From: an uncultured Chelativorans sp. | GTDB taxonomy: Bacteria > Pseudomonadota > Alphaproteobacteria > Rhizobiales > Rhizobiaceae | Direction of reading: 5' to 3' | Assembly (NCBI GenBank): GCA_964475605.1 | Contig: CAYYZC010000006.1 | Span: 1 to 34,611, forward strand | Length of the DNA stretch: 34,611 nt | Shown here: piece after piece, positions 7,349 through 14,757 of the stretch | How positions within the stretch are numbered: the stretch's first letter is position 1 | How the letters are laid out: every line of letters begins with the position of its first letter | Position numbers and translations under genes: made by a program | The notes under the pieces: model-generated | What the model was told of the DNA's origin: nothing | The model's input: the letters and a program-made list of their open reading frames with translations, nothing else | The model's database searches: none

Positions 7349-8839
7349 TCAGGCCGAGCCCCACTTCACCCCGGTGAGCATGCCGAACGCCTGCTCGTAC
7401 CGGAGGGCGAAGTCGTGGGACATGTCGAGCTTGATGCCGAGCATGCCCTGCGCCCACAGGTTCACCTGCGTGCCGCTGGCGTCCTTGAAGGACGCCTGAT
7501 CGGACGTCGACAGGGACATGGTGACCGTGTCGCCGATCATCGCGTGACCATGAGAGCCGAAGTAGATCTCCGACTCGTTGTTGCCCGCGCCCAGGTTGGT
7601 CGGGATCTGGGTCGTGGTGTCCACCGGATAGCCCATCAGGGTCGGGTTCTCGCCCTGGAGCGTCGGGAACGCCAGGAAGTCGCCCTGGTACAGGTTCTGC
7701 AGGAACAGCAGCGTGCGGGGCGCCATGAACCACGCCGGATTGATCATGGTCACGTTGGCTTCCGCCAGCTTCAGCAGGATCTTCACCAGATCCTTGCGGA
7801 TCTCCGCCGCCGTCGGATCCGTCTTGTTGATGGCCGCGATCCTGTTGGCGGCCGGGATCGCGTGCAGGTAGCCCTTCACGCGCTTGCCGGTGCCGTCGAA
7901 GCGCAGGAAGGCCAGATCCTCGAACTCGGCCGCGGCGCGGGACAGTTCGTCCCGGCAGTAGGTCTCCACGCCGAAGGCCGTGTTGCGGAGCAGCTTCTTG
8001 CTGATCGGCAGGATGGCGGAGATGTCCTTCTCCTTCATGTCGATGAGGCCCCAGGTGACGCCGGTCACGGCGCCCTGCTCGTTCTCGCCGACATAGCCGA
8101 CCGAGGCGCCGGTCTTGCCCTTCAGGTACGAGGCATTGCCCGGCACGACCTGCGCACGCTTGCGGACGACGGTCCGCGGGCCGAACAGGCCGATGATGCC
8201 GGCGGCGTAGTTCTGGGGGACGAGGAAGCCGCCGGCCGCGTTGTCGCTCAGCGTCTGGGCGCGGGTGACCGCCTCGGTGACGTGGTGCCGCTCGCCGTAG
8301 AGTTCCCTGGCGATGGCGGCCGGGGCGACGACGCGGCCGTCGTTGCGGAACTGGAACTGCGCCATGGCGTAGGAGCGGACGAAGGCGCCGAACTCCTCGC
8401 CGATGTCGCGCTGCGCCGCCGGCGTGGCCGGCACGGCGGCCCTCCGCTCGATCGGGTCTGCCGGGCCGTCGCCAGGATCATTCGGCGCCTGCGAGGCCGC
8501 GGCGGAGCGGCGGACCTCCTCCATGCGCTCTGCGCGCTTGATGTCCTCGTCCAGCGCCTTCAGGTCCGCCTCGTGCTTGTCGAAGGCCGCGCGGGTCTCG
8601 TCCGTCAGGTCGGCCTTGGTGATGGCCTCCATGTCGGCCACCAGCTTGGAGCGCTTCTGCCGCAGCTCGGCGAGCGTAAAGCCGCCCAGCGCCAGGGAGA
8701 GGAATTCCGGGGGGAGGGAGTGCAGGTCCGACACCGGAGCGGCCGCGAGGGCGGCGGCCGGGTGGACGATGCCGAGGAAGAGAGCGCCGGCCAGCACGAG
8801 GCAAACGGCGAGCGCCGCCGTCAGAAGACGTCGGTTCAT
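7349..8839 (-). CDS. Major capsid protein, HK97 family, with delta/scaffold domain and an unusual signal-peptide-like N-terminus
   Basis: 496 aa. Delta-like coiled coil LAELRQKRSKLVADMEAITKADLTDETRAAFDKHEADLKALDEDIKRAERMEE. The HK97-fold core has ...TLSDNAAGGFLVPQ...GENEQGAVTGVTWGLIDMKEKDISAILPISKKLL... AAGGAAG RBS precedes ATG 8839. Confidence 0.85.
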   Translation of the reverse strand: MNRRLLTAALAVCLVLAGALFLGIVHPAAALAAAPVSDLHSLPPEFLSLALGGFTLAELRQKRSKLVADMEAITKADLTDETRAAFDKHEADLKALDEDIKRAERMEEVRRSAAASQAPNDPGDGPADPIERRAAVPATPAAQRDIGEEFGAFVRSYAMAQFQFRNDGRVVAPAAIARELYGERHHVTEAVTRAQTLSDNAAGGFLVPQNYAAGIIGLFGPRTVVRKRAQVVPGNASYLKGKTGASVGYVGENEQGAVTGVTWGLIDMKEKDISAILPISKKLLRNTAFGVETYCRDELSRAAAEFEDLAFLRFDGTGKRVKGYLHAIPAANRIAAINKTDPTAAEIRKDLVKILLKLAEANVTMINPAWFMAPRTLLFLQNLYQGDFLAFPTLQGENPTLMGYPVDTTTQIPTNLGAGNNESEIYFGSHGHAMIGDTVTMSLSTSDQASFKDASGTQVNLWAQGMLGIKLDMSHDFALRYEQAFGMLTGVKWGSA

Positions 8840-8867
8840 GGTGGGCTTCCTTTTCAGGGTCGAGGGG

Positions 8868-9482
8868 TCAGGCCCGCAGCTTCGCGAGACGGAGCCGCAA
8901 GGCCAGGTCTTCGGCCGGCGGCGCGCCGGGCCGGGTGAACAGCGAGCGGATCGCCACGCTGGTTTTCGGGTAGGCAGGCATCGACGTGATGGTGATCTCG
9001 CGCAGGTCCACCGCCTGATGCGACACCCGCACCAGGCGGCCGCGCTCGTCGAAGTCCTGCTTCATCTTGTTCGGCCGGAAGCCGAAGGACATGCCGGTGA
9101 AGTTCCGCACCCGCACGTTCTCGTAGGTGTCGCGCCCGAGCTGGGTGTCCGGCAGAGTCAGCGAGAAGCGAAGTCCCTTCTGATCTTCTTCCAGGATCAG
9201 GTTGCCGGCGCCGGTCCGCGCCAGCAGCGAGCGGGGATCGTGCTCGACCAGCGCACGGACATCGGCCCCCTTCGACAGGGTGTCGGCGAAGCAGCCCCGA
9301 TCAAGCCACTCCTCGAATTCGCCCGCATAGGAGCGGATCTTGGTCTTCACGCCGAAGGCCGCCGCGTAGCCCTTCAGGGTCCGGGTGGCGTCGTCTTCGG
9401 CCCGCATCTCCGCATCGACAGCGAAGCGCACCTCCAGATCGGCCGGCTTCTCGCCGTCCAGTTCAGGCATCAGCGTCAGCAT
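8868..9482 (-). CDS. Prohead maturation protease (HK97 family, S78)
   Basis: 204 aa, ...TLKGYAAAFGVKTKI...FEEWLDRGCFADTL...VRALVEHDP...GMSFGF...REITITSMPAYP. AAGGAAG RBS. Lies between portal and capsid. Confidence 0.8.
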   Translation of the reverse strand: MLTLMPELDGEKPADLEVRFAVDAEMRAEDDATRTLKGYAAAFGVKTKIRSYAGEFEEWLDRGCFADTLSKGADVRALVEHDPRSLLARTGAGNLILEEDQKGLRFSLTLPDTQLGRDTYENVRVRNFTGMSFGFRPNKMKQDFDERGRLVRVSHQAVDLREITITSMPAYPKTSVAIRSLFTRPGAPPAEDLALRLRLAKLRA

Positions 9483-10764
9483 CGGCGTCTTCCTTCGGCT
9501 TCTTGGCGTTCTCTGCGGCCTCGGCCGCCTCGGCCGCCTTGCCCTCCGCAGCGAGGCGGAGCGGCACGGAAGCGGAGTTGATGTACAGCTCGTCCCCGCC
9601 TTCCTTCGGCGGCAGATTGGTGAACGCTCGCGCCTCGTTCGGCGTCATGCGCGCGTTCTGAACGGCCTTCTCCAGCACCTCGCCCAGCGTCTTCTGATCG
9701 CCCATCAGCATGATGGTCGGGTCGTGCTCGACGTAGAACGTCGCCCGCTCCCCCGGCGTCAGCAGATCCTTGTGGATCGTCTGGCACAGGTCGATCAGGT
9801 GGGGCGTCAGGCAGTGCTTGAAGTGGGCGAGGTCCAGGTGCTCGACGTTGGAGAAGGTGCCCTTCTCCAGGTCGTTGATCAGGTGGGCCGTCACCCGCAA
9901 GATGCCGGCGATGACCGACCGGTCGAACTTCCGGGATTCCAGGAGTTGCGCCTTCTGCGCGTCCTGGCTCATCGGCGTGAACTTGGCCTCACCGCCAAAC
10001 ACGCCGATCTTGCCGGCGTTGTTGGCCCCGGCATACGCCTCCGTCACCAGCTCGCGGAGTTCCTTGGACTGGTCCGGCTCGAGCTTCCCGGCAACGCTGA
10101 TCATGCCCGACAGGCTGGCCCCGTTGGCGAAGGACTTCGCCGCGAAGTCGTTCGTGGCCAGCGCGCCGCCCATCGTCTCCGCCTGGTAGTGCTGCCAGAC
10201 CGAGACGCCCATCAACCCGTAGTTCGGCCCGCGCAGGATCGGCAGGTTCTGGACATGGAAGACTTCGTCCTCCAGGAACGTCGCCTGCGCTCCGTTCGGG
10301 GCGCTGATCCGGTAGGCCCGCCGGGGAAGGCCGTCGATCGGATCCCGGTACCAGAAGGGCTGCACCCGTCCGTTCTCGACCGGGTACAGCTCCCGCAGCC
10401 GGCCGTCGCGATCGAAGACTTTCAGCGAGTAGTGGTTGCCGTAGTGCAGCTTCTCGAAGAAGACCAGCTTCCAGAAGGCGAAGGCCGTCATGTGCGGGCA
10501 AGGGCTGGTGATCAGCAGCTCATACAGCGGGTGGTCCGTCGCCATCTTCCGGTTCGGGCCGCGCTCCCGGTACGGGTAGAGCGGCAGCATCGCGCAGCCC
10601 TCGGCGATGACGTTGATGCAGGAGAACACCGTGTGGTGGGTGATCGGGTTCTCTGCCGTCACCGACACGCCCGCCGAGGTCGCCCCGTAGCCGAAGAACG
10701 GGATGTTCTGCCACTGGTCCCAGGTTTGGGACCGCCGGGCCTCCTTGCGCCTGAAAGGCCACAT
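9463..10764 (-). CDS. Portal protein (HK97 family)
   Basis: ATG 10764 (GGAGGG 8 nt upstream; alternative GTG at 10767 as in the track). Sequence MWPFRRKEARRSQTWDQWQ...TAENPITHHTVFSCINVIAEGCAMLPLYPY... is typical of HK97-type portals. Follows TerL. Confidence 0.85.
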   Translation of the reverse strand: MWPFRRKEARRSQTWDQWQNIPFFGYGATSAGVSVTAENPITHHTVFSCINVIAEGCAMLPLYPYRERGPNRKMATDHPLYELLITSPCPHMTAFAFWKLVFFEKLHYGNHYSLKVFDRDGRLRELYPVENGRVQPFWYRDPIDGLPRRAYRISAPNGAQATFLEDEVFHVQNLPILRGPNYGLMGVSVWQHYQAETMGGALATNDFAAKSFANGASLSGMISVAGKLEPDQSKELRELVTEAYAGANNAGKIGVFGGEAKFTPMSQDAQKAQLLESRKFDRSVIAGILRVTAHLINDLEKGTFSNVEHLDLAHFKHCLTPHLIDLCQTIHKDLLTPGERATFYVEHDPTIMLMGDQKTLGEVLEKAVQNARMTPNEARAFTNLPPKEGGDELYINSASVPLRLAAEGKAAEAAEAAENAKKPKEDADADADA

Positions 10765-12551
10765 CACGCGATCCCTCCAAAGATGCTCTCCGTGGTCAGC
10801 GGCTTCTCTTCCGCCTGGACGGCCACAGCCGGCGCGATAGCGTTCACCGCCGCGTCGATGCCGTCGATCTTGTTCGGCGACATCGGCGACTCCTTTTTCG
10901 GGATGATGGTCCCGTCGACGCGGCGCGTGACCACAGCATTGGACGCCATCCAGTTCATGACCGGGTTGCCGTCGTGCCGGAGCCGGTGCGGCCCCGCCTT
11001 CACCCGGGCCTCCAGGTCCATCGCCGGATCCGTCACGTTCCGGGCGTTCTTCGGCAGCACGCCCGCGAACGGCCGGTCAGGGTCGCCGTCTTCGTTCAGC
11101 CGGGTCGCCATGGCCTGGGCCGCGGCGAACTGGTCGAAGGTGGCCCTGCGGGCCGCGTAGCGCTCCCGCCACTCCCGGATCTGCCGCTCAACCTCGTTGT
11201 GGTCGACCCAGTCTCCCGGGGTCAGCCGGATATGCCCCTGCTTCGCCCAGGTCCGGTAGGGAGCCTCGTCCTCGCCCTCGCCGTGCGTGGCGTTCGTCAG
11301 CACCGCTTCCGGCAGGTAGAAGACCGGCTTGATCAGCAGCCGGCCGTCGCGATCGAAGGCCGCCAGCACCAGGGCGCAGATGTCGTCCTTGTCGGCGAGG
11401 TCGGCCCCGACGAAACATTCCAGCCCGTCGAAGTCGTCCCAGCTCAGCGTCGGGTCGGCGCAGGCCTGCCACTTCGCCATGTTCAGCCAGGCCGACGACG
11501 CATTCAGCCATTGGTTCAGCCTCTTCGTCCGGAACTCGCCTTCCGATTCCGGCGAGTTCCGCGCCTCGGTCGCGAAGCCCCGCAGCTCGTCGAGCTGCAC
11601 CGAGACGCCCAGCAGCGGGTTCGCCTTGATCCACTTCGTCTCGTCGAACGGGTCGTCGTCCGGCCGGCCATCGTCATAGTCGGCCGCGGTGTCGAGCGTG
11701 TAGATGACCCCGAAGTAGTGGTCGGCGACCAGCGCTCCTTCCAGGATCTTCACCACCATCCGGCGCTGCTCGAAGCAGACGCCGTGCGTGCTGAAGCCTG
11801 CCGTCGTGATCTTCCAGAACAGCGGCGACTTCCGGGCGCCCATCGCCGATCGCATGACGTCGTGCAGCGCCCGGTCCTTGTGCGCGTGCAGCTCGTCCAG
11901 CACCGCGACGTGCGGGTTGTGGCCGTCCTGCGTGCTGGCCTTGCTGTTGATCGTCTGGACGTAGCCGCCGCCCGGCTCCGTGATGCTCTTGGCCCAGACC
12001 TTCAGGCCGAACGCCTCGCACAGGGCCGGCGTCTTCAGGGCCATCATGCGGGCCGGGTGGAAGACCTTCTGGGCCTGCGCGCCGGTCGTGGCGCCGATGA
12101 AGACGTAGGGTGCCGGTTCGCCCTCGCAGGTGAAGCAGTAGAGCACCACCCCGGCCGTCAGCGTCGACTTCGCGTTCTTGCGCGCCACCTCGATGTAGAC
12201 GTTCGTGAACCGGCGCCGGCCGTCGGCGATGCGGCGCCAGCCAAAGACCACCACCAGCCAGAAGACCTGCGCCGGCTCCAGCGTGATCGTCGCCGTGTCC
12301 CACTGCCCCTCGATGTGCGGCAGCTTCTCGATGAAGTCGCACACGTCGTTGCCGTGCCAGGGGTCGAACCGGTACCCCCATGCCTTGTTGCGCCTGGCCC
12401 GCTTCAGGTCGTCCAGGTGGCGCTGCGCTGCCAGCCGGACCCACTTGCAGAACTTCCGCCCCTTCTTGTCGGCGGCGGCCGCCTTCGCGTAGGCGAGCGC
12501 GACGCCGACATAGTCCCGGGCGTGATCCTGCGACGCCTCAGCCGCGGCCAT
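10764..12551 (-). CDS. terL: Terminase large subunit (Terminase_1 type)
   Basis: 595 aa with Walker-A-like context ...YIEVARKNAKSTLTAGV... and ...HVAVLDELHAH... Nuclease half ...LECFVGADLADKDDICALVL... Synteny supports the call. Confidence 0.9.
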   Translation of the reverse strand: MAAAEASQDHARDYVGVALAYAKAAAADKKGRKFCKWVRLAAQRHLDDLKRARRNKAWGYRFDPWHGNDVCDFIEKLPHIEGQWDTATITLEPAQVFWLVVVFGWRRIADGRRRFTNVYIEVARKNAKSTLTAGVVLYCFTCEGEPAPYVFIGATTGAQAQKVFHPARMMALKTPALCEAFGLKVWAKSITEPGGGYVQTINSKASTQDGHNPHVAVLDELHAHKDRALHDVMRSAMGARKSPLFWKITTAGFSTHGVCFEQRRMVVKILEGALVADHYFGVIYTLDTAADYDDGRPDDDPFDETKWIKANPLLGVSVQLDELRGFATEARNSPESEGEFRTKRLNQWLNASSAWLNMAKWQACADPTLSWDDFDGLECFVGADLADKDDICALVLAAFDRDGRLLIKPVFYLPEAVLTNATHGEGEDEAPYRTWAKQGHIRLTPGDWVDHNEVERQIREWRERYAARRATFDQFAAAQAMATRLNEDGDPDRPFAGVLPKNARNVTDPAMDLEARVKAGPHRLRHDGNPVMNWMASNAVVTRRVDGTIIPKKESPMSPNKIDGIDAAVNAIAPAVAVQAEEKPLTTESIFGGIA

Positions 12552-12960
12552 TGCGCACGAAGGGGTTGGCGACCGGGCCGGAAGGCAGCCCGCCGGGTCC
12601 GCCGCTCGACTTCACCCGGCTCCGTGCGCCGAAGAGGCCGAACTGCTCCGCCATCTTGCGGGCCTCCATCAGCATCGCCGCCGGTGGCACGTCGCCAGCT
12701 CGCCACGCCAGGGAGATCGCGCCCTGGAGGTTGCAGTAGTTGGCGAACATGGTGCTGTCCTTCTCGCTGGCCAGCCGGCTCGCCATGACGCGGCCGACCT
12801 CCTCGATCCAGATCTCTTCGCCGGCAGCGGTCAGCCAGTCCGGCCGCTGCGGCAGGGAATCGGGCTCGACGAACTCGATCTTGCCTGCATCGCGGCAGGG
12901 TTGAAGGGTCCCGCGGGCGGCCTTCTCCGATGGCGCTACGGGCTTGCGTCCGCGCTTCAT
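12538..12960 (-). CDS. terS: Terminase small subunit (P27 family)
   Basis: 140 aa, MKRGRKPVAPSEKAARGT...PDWLTAAGEEIW...MFANYCNLQ...KMAEQFGLFGARSRVK is the P27-family pattern. It overlaps TerL by 14 nt. Confidence 0.8.
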   Translation of the reverse strand: MKRGRKPVAPSEKAARGTLQPCRDAGKIEFVEPDSLPQRPDWLTAAGEEIWIEEVGRVMASRLASEKDSTMFANYCNLQGAISLAWRAGDVPPAAMLMEARKMAEQFGLFGARSRVKSSGGPGGLPSGPVANPFVRNGRG

Positions 12961-13111
12961 GGTCGCCTCGCGAAATCAATTCACCGTGAAACTTTAATTC
13001 GCACGCGGGAAAATTTGACTTACCGCCGCGGTCCCCAAGCGCCCGGGTCCCAGGGATCTTCACCCCCCTAGGGGGTCGCGCAACATTCTTTCGTTCGGTC
13101 CGCCAGGGTGC

Positions 13112-13330
13112 TCAGTCGCCCGCGTGCAGCGCGACCTTCCGACCATCGACGATGAACGTCACCGTGACTGTGGGGATGTCGTCCACGCTCTCGTTCAGCA
13201 CGAGGGCCTTCTGCTTCGGCAGTGGCGTCCCGCTCGCGTCGCATAGGGCCAGCCACTTGCGGCCCTGCCCCTCCACGATGCGGATCGTCAGCTTCGGCTC
13301 GCTTCCACGAGCATCGATAACCATGGCCAT
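13112..13330 (-). CDS. Hypothetical small protein
   Basis: 72 aa with AAGGAGG RBS 7 nt before ATG 13330. Balanced composition. Confidence 0.55.
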   Translation of the reverse strand: MAMVIDARGSEPKLTIRIVEGQGRKWLALCDASGTPLPKQKALVLNESVDDIPTVTVTFIVDGRKVALHAGD

Positions 13331-13354
13331 CTCAGTTCCTCCTTGATCGTGGCG

Positions 13355-13693
13355 TCACCTTCTCGGCCTCGCGAAGCCCTGATCGCGCGCCGTGCGGGCG
13401 TTATGGCAGGGGGCACATAGGCCGCGCAGATTCGAGCGCTCCAGCCTCAGGTCGGGGCGCTCCGCAATGGTCTGGATGTGGTCCACCACCGTCGCCGCCG
13501 TCACCCTGCCCGCCTCGACACAGAACCGACACAGCGGCTCGTCCGCCAGCACCTGCAGCCGGACCTGTTCCCAATCGCGGTCATAGCCGCGCTGCCGGGC
13601 GGAGCCGCGGCGCTGGTCGATCCGGGCCTTGCGCTCACGCTCGGCTTGGCGCCGGCAGCCGGCAGGTCGGAAGACAGGCGGACGTGCCGGCAT
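13355..13693 (-). CDS. HNH endonuclease (packaging-associated)
   Basis: ...CRFCVEAGRVTAATVVDHIQTIAERPDLRLERSNLRGLCAPCHNARTA is a CxxC...H...CxxCH HNH/zinc motif. ATG 13693 has a GAGGTGG RBS (the track begins at GTG 13699). Its position upstream of TerS is typical of HK97-like cos phages. Confidence 0.8.
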   Translation of the reverse strand: MPARPPVFRPAGCRRQAERERKARIDQRRGSARQRGYDRDWEQVRLQVLADEPLCRFCVEAGRVTAATVVDHIQTIAERPDLRLERSNLRGLCAPCHNARTARDQGFARPRR

Positions 13694-13701
13694 AGCCACC
13701 T

Positions 13702-13742
13702 CGTTACGTCACGATCAATGCCACCTAGTTCGTTACGTGACG
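13702..13742. promoter_or_regulatory. Paired CGTTACGT(C/G)ACG sites in the late-operon leader
   Basis: GCCACCT-CGTTACGTCACG (13695-13713) and GCCACCT-AGTT-CGTTACGTGACG (13720-13742) lie 29 bp apart. The same core recurs at 21377, 21406 and 32692. Confidence 0.4.
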
Positions 13743-13745
13743 GAG

Positions 13746-13778
13746 CCCCGAAACGCGAAACGGAGGCCGAAGCCTCCG
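13746..13778 (-). terminator. Intrinsic terminator separating the early operon from the late operon
   Basis: Minus strand reads CGGAGGC-TTCG-GCCTCCG (13778-13772 / 13767-13761) followed by TTTCGCGTTTCGGGG. Confidence 0.55.
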
Positions 13779-13843
13779 TTCCCACCACCGTGGCGCACTT
13801 CTTAACATCGAAATCTGTGCCCTATTCTAGTCCCAACGTCAAC

Positions 13844-13875
13844 CCTATTTGTCATGTCGCAGTCCTGTTTGTCAT
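13844..13875 (+). promoter_or_regulatory. Two direct CCTRTTTGTCAT sites, 20 bp apart
   Basis: CCTATTTGTCAT 13844-13855 and CCTGTTTGTCAT 13864-13875. These are members of the CCNNTTTGK family also found at 20644, 20664, 27330, 27353, 28091, 28130 and 34483. Confidence 0.35.
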
Positions 13876-14403
13876 TTCGGGCTGGCGGGCGCTGGCCTGC
13901 AGGATTGCGACGTAAACGTCCAGCGCGGCGAACAGGTGCTCCCGGCCGGTGCCGTTACGCACCTGGGCCTGGGTCTCCAGCGCGCGCAGGGTCTCTCCTT
14001 GCCCGAGATAAGCCAACACGTGCGCAGCGGTGAACGGCAAAGCACGACAGGCTTTGAGCCATGCGCGAAACCGTCGGACCAGCCGTTCAGCACGCCGGAT
14101 GTTCTCCGTCGCTTCGCAGGTCATGCGAATTGGGACGCCGCGATAGTTCGCTACAGGCACCCCGATAGTCCCACCCGCCAGCAGCCACCCTTCCACGATT
14201 AGCTCGGCCGCCAGCACCTGCGCAGGGGTCATCGCGCCCCACACCCGCGCGTCGGGCTTCCGCCGCCTCGTGACCGAGGTCGACTTGTCCGGCATCTCGA
14301 CCCGGACAACCTCGGTCGGCGCGATGCGTTCCTGCCACGCCGCAACCGTGTCGGCCTCGGCGGCCCGGTTCGGCTTCGCGATCCTGGATTTCCTCTTCGC
14401 CAT
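13852..14403 (-). CDS. Hypothetical protein, possible HTH regulator (last gene before the late operon)
   Basis: Start at M25 (MAKRKSRIAKPN...). The C-terminal ...GQGETLRALETQAQVRNGTGREHLFAALDVYVAI looks HTH-like. Function is inferred from position. Confidence 0.5.
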   Translation of the reverse strand: MAKRKSRIAKPNRAAEADTVAAWQERIAPTEVVRVEMPDKSTSVTRRRKPDARVWGAMTPAQVLAAELIVEGWLLAGGTIGVPVANYRGVPIRMTCEATENIRRAERLVRRFRAWLKACRALPFTAAHVLAYLGQGETLRALETQAQVRNGTGREHLFAALDVYVAILQASARQPEMTNRTAT

Positions 14404-14503
14404 GACGATGGCTCTCCGTTGACCTCGCCCGCCGCGCCGGCCTTGTCGTCGCGGCGTCGATGCGAGTGGTTTCACGATGGGGGCCTAAGACCACCGGAGG
14501 GGC

Positions 14504-14757
14504 GGGAGCTTTCAGGCGACCTGCCCCCGTAGGGGGAAAGCTTTCCGAAGCTGCGAAGCTGGCGGATTTCCTTGGGTTCGGAAATGGCAGCAGTGTTGAC
14601 CTTTCCGAAGCTACCCCTAAGGCTCTGATATCGCTTAGCTTCGCAGCTTTAGAGGCAGCTTCGCGAAGCTGTACGACGTCGCCCGAAGCCGCAAGGCAGT
14701 GCTCGCATGCTGAGAAATTAAAAATTACGGAAGAAATTCCGCCTGATTTATTGTTGC
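14504..14757. other. Candidate replication origin: GAAGCT/AGCTTC iterons plus AT-rich segment
   Basis: CTTTCCGAAGCT occurs twice (14541-14552, 14601-14612), with GCGAAGCT at 14553-14560 and AGCTTCGC at 14637-14644. Palindromes are GGAAAGCTTTCC (14535-14546) and AGCTTCGCGAAGCT (14657-14670). An AT-rich stretch follows at 14711-14757 (GAGAAATTAAAAATTACGGAAGAAATTCCGCCTGATTTATTGTTG). The region lies directly 3' of the primase-helicase gene. Confidence 0.45.

Noticed and set aside
7415-12788. Long plus-strand ORFs 7415..8938, 8403..9581, 9385..11160 and 10974..12788
   Set aside because: They are antisense to the clearly recognisable capsid, protease, portal and terminase genes. Their composition is dominated by R/G/A/P/L/V, as expected from GC3-rich antisense frames.
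13068-13256. 62-aa minus ORF overlapping 13112..13330
   Set aside because: It is an alternate frame of a better-supported ORF that has a strong AAGGAGG RBS. Its translation is Arg/Glu/Ala-rich.
14524-14536. CCCCCGTAGGGGG mini-hairpin and the related CCCCGTAGGG at 27303-27312
   Set aside because: They are too short (5-bp stem, 3-nt loop) and occur only twice. This could be chance in GC-rich DNA, so I note them only as context for the origin and the leader hairpin.
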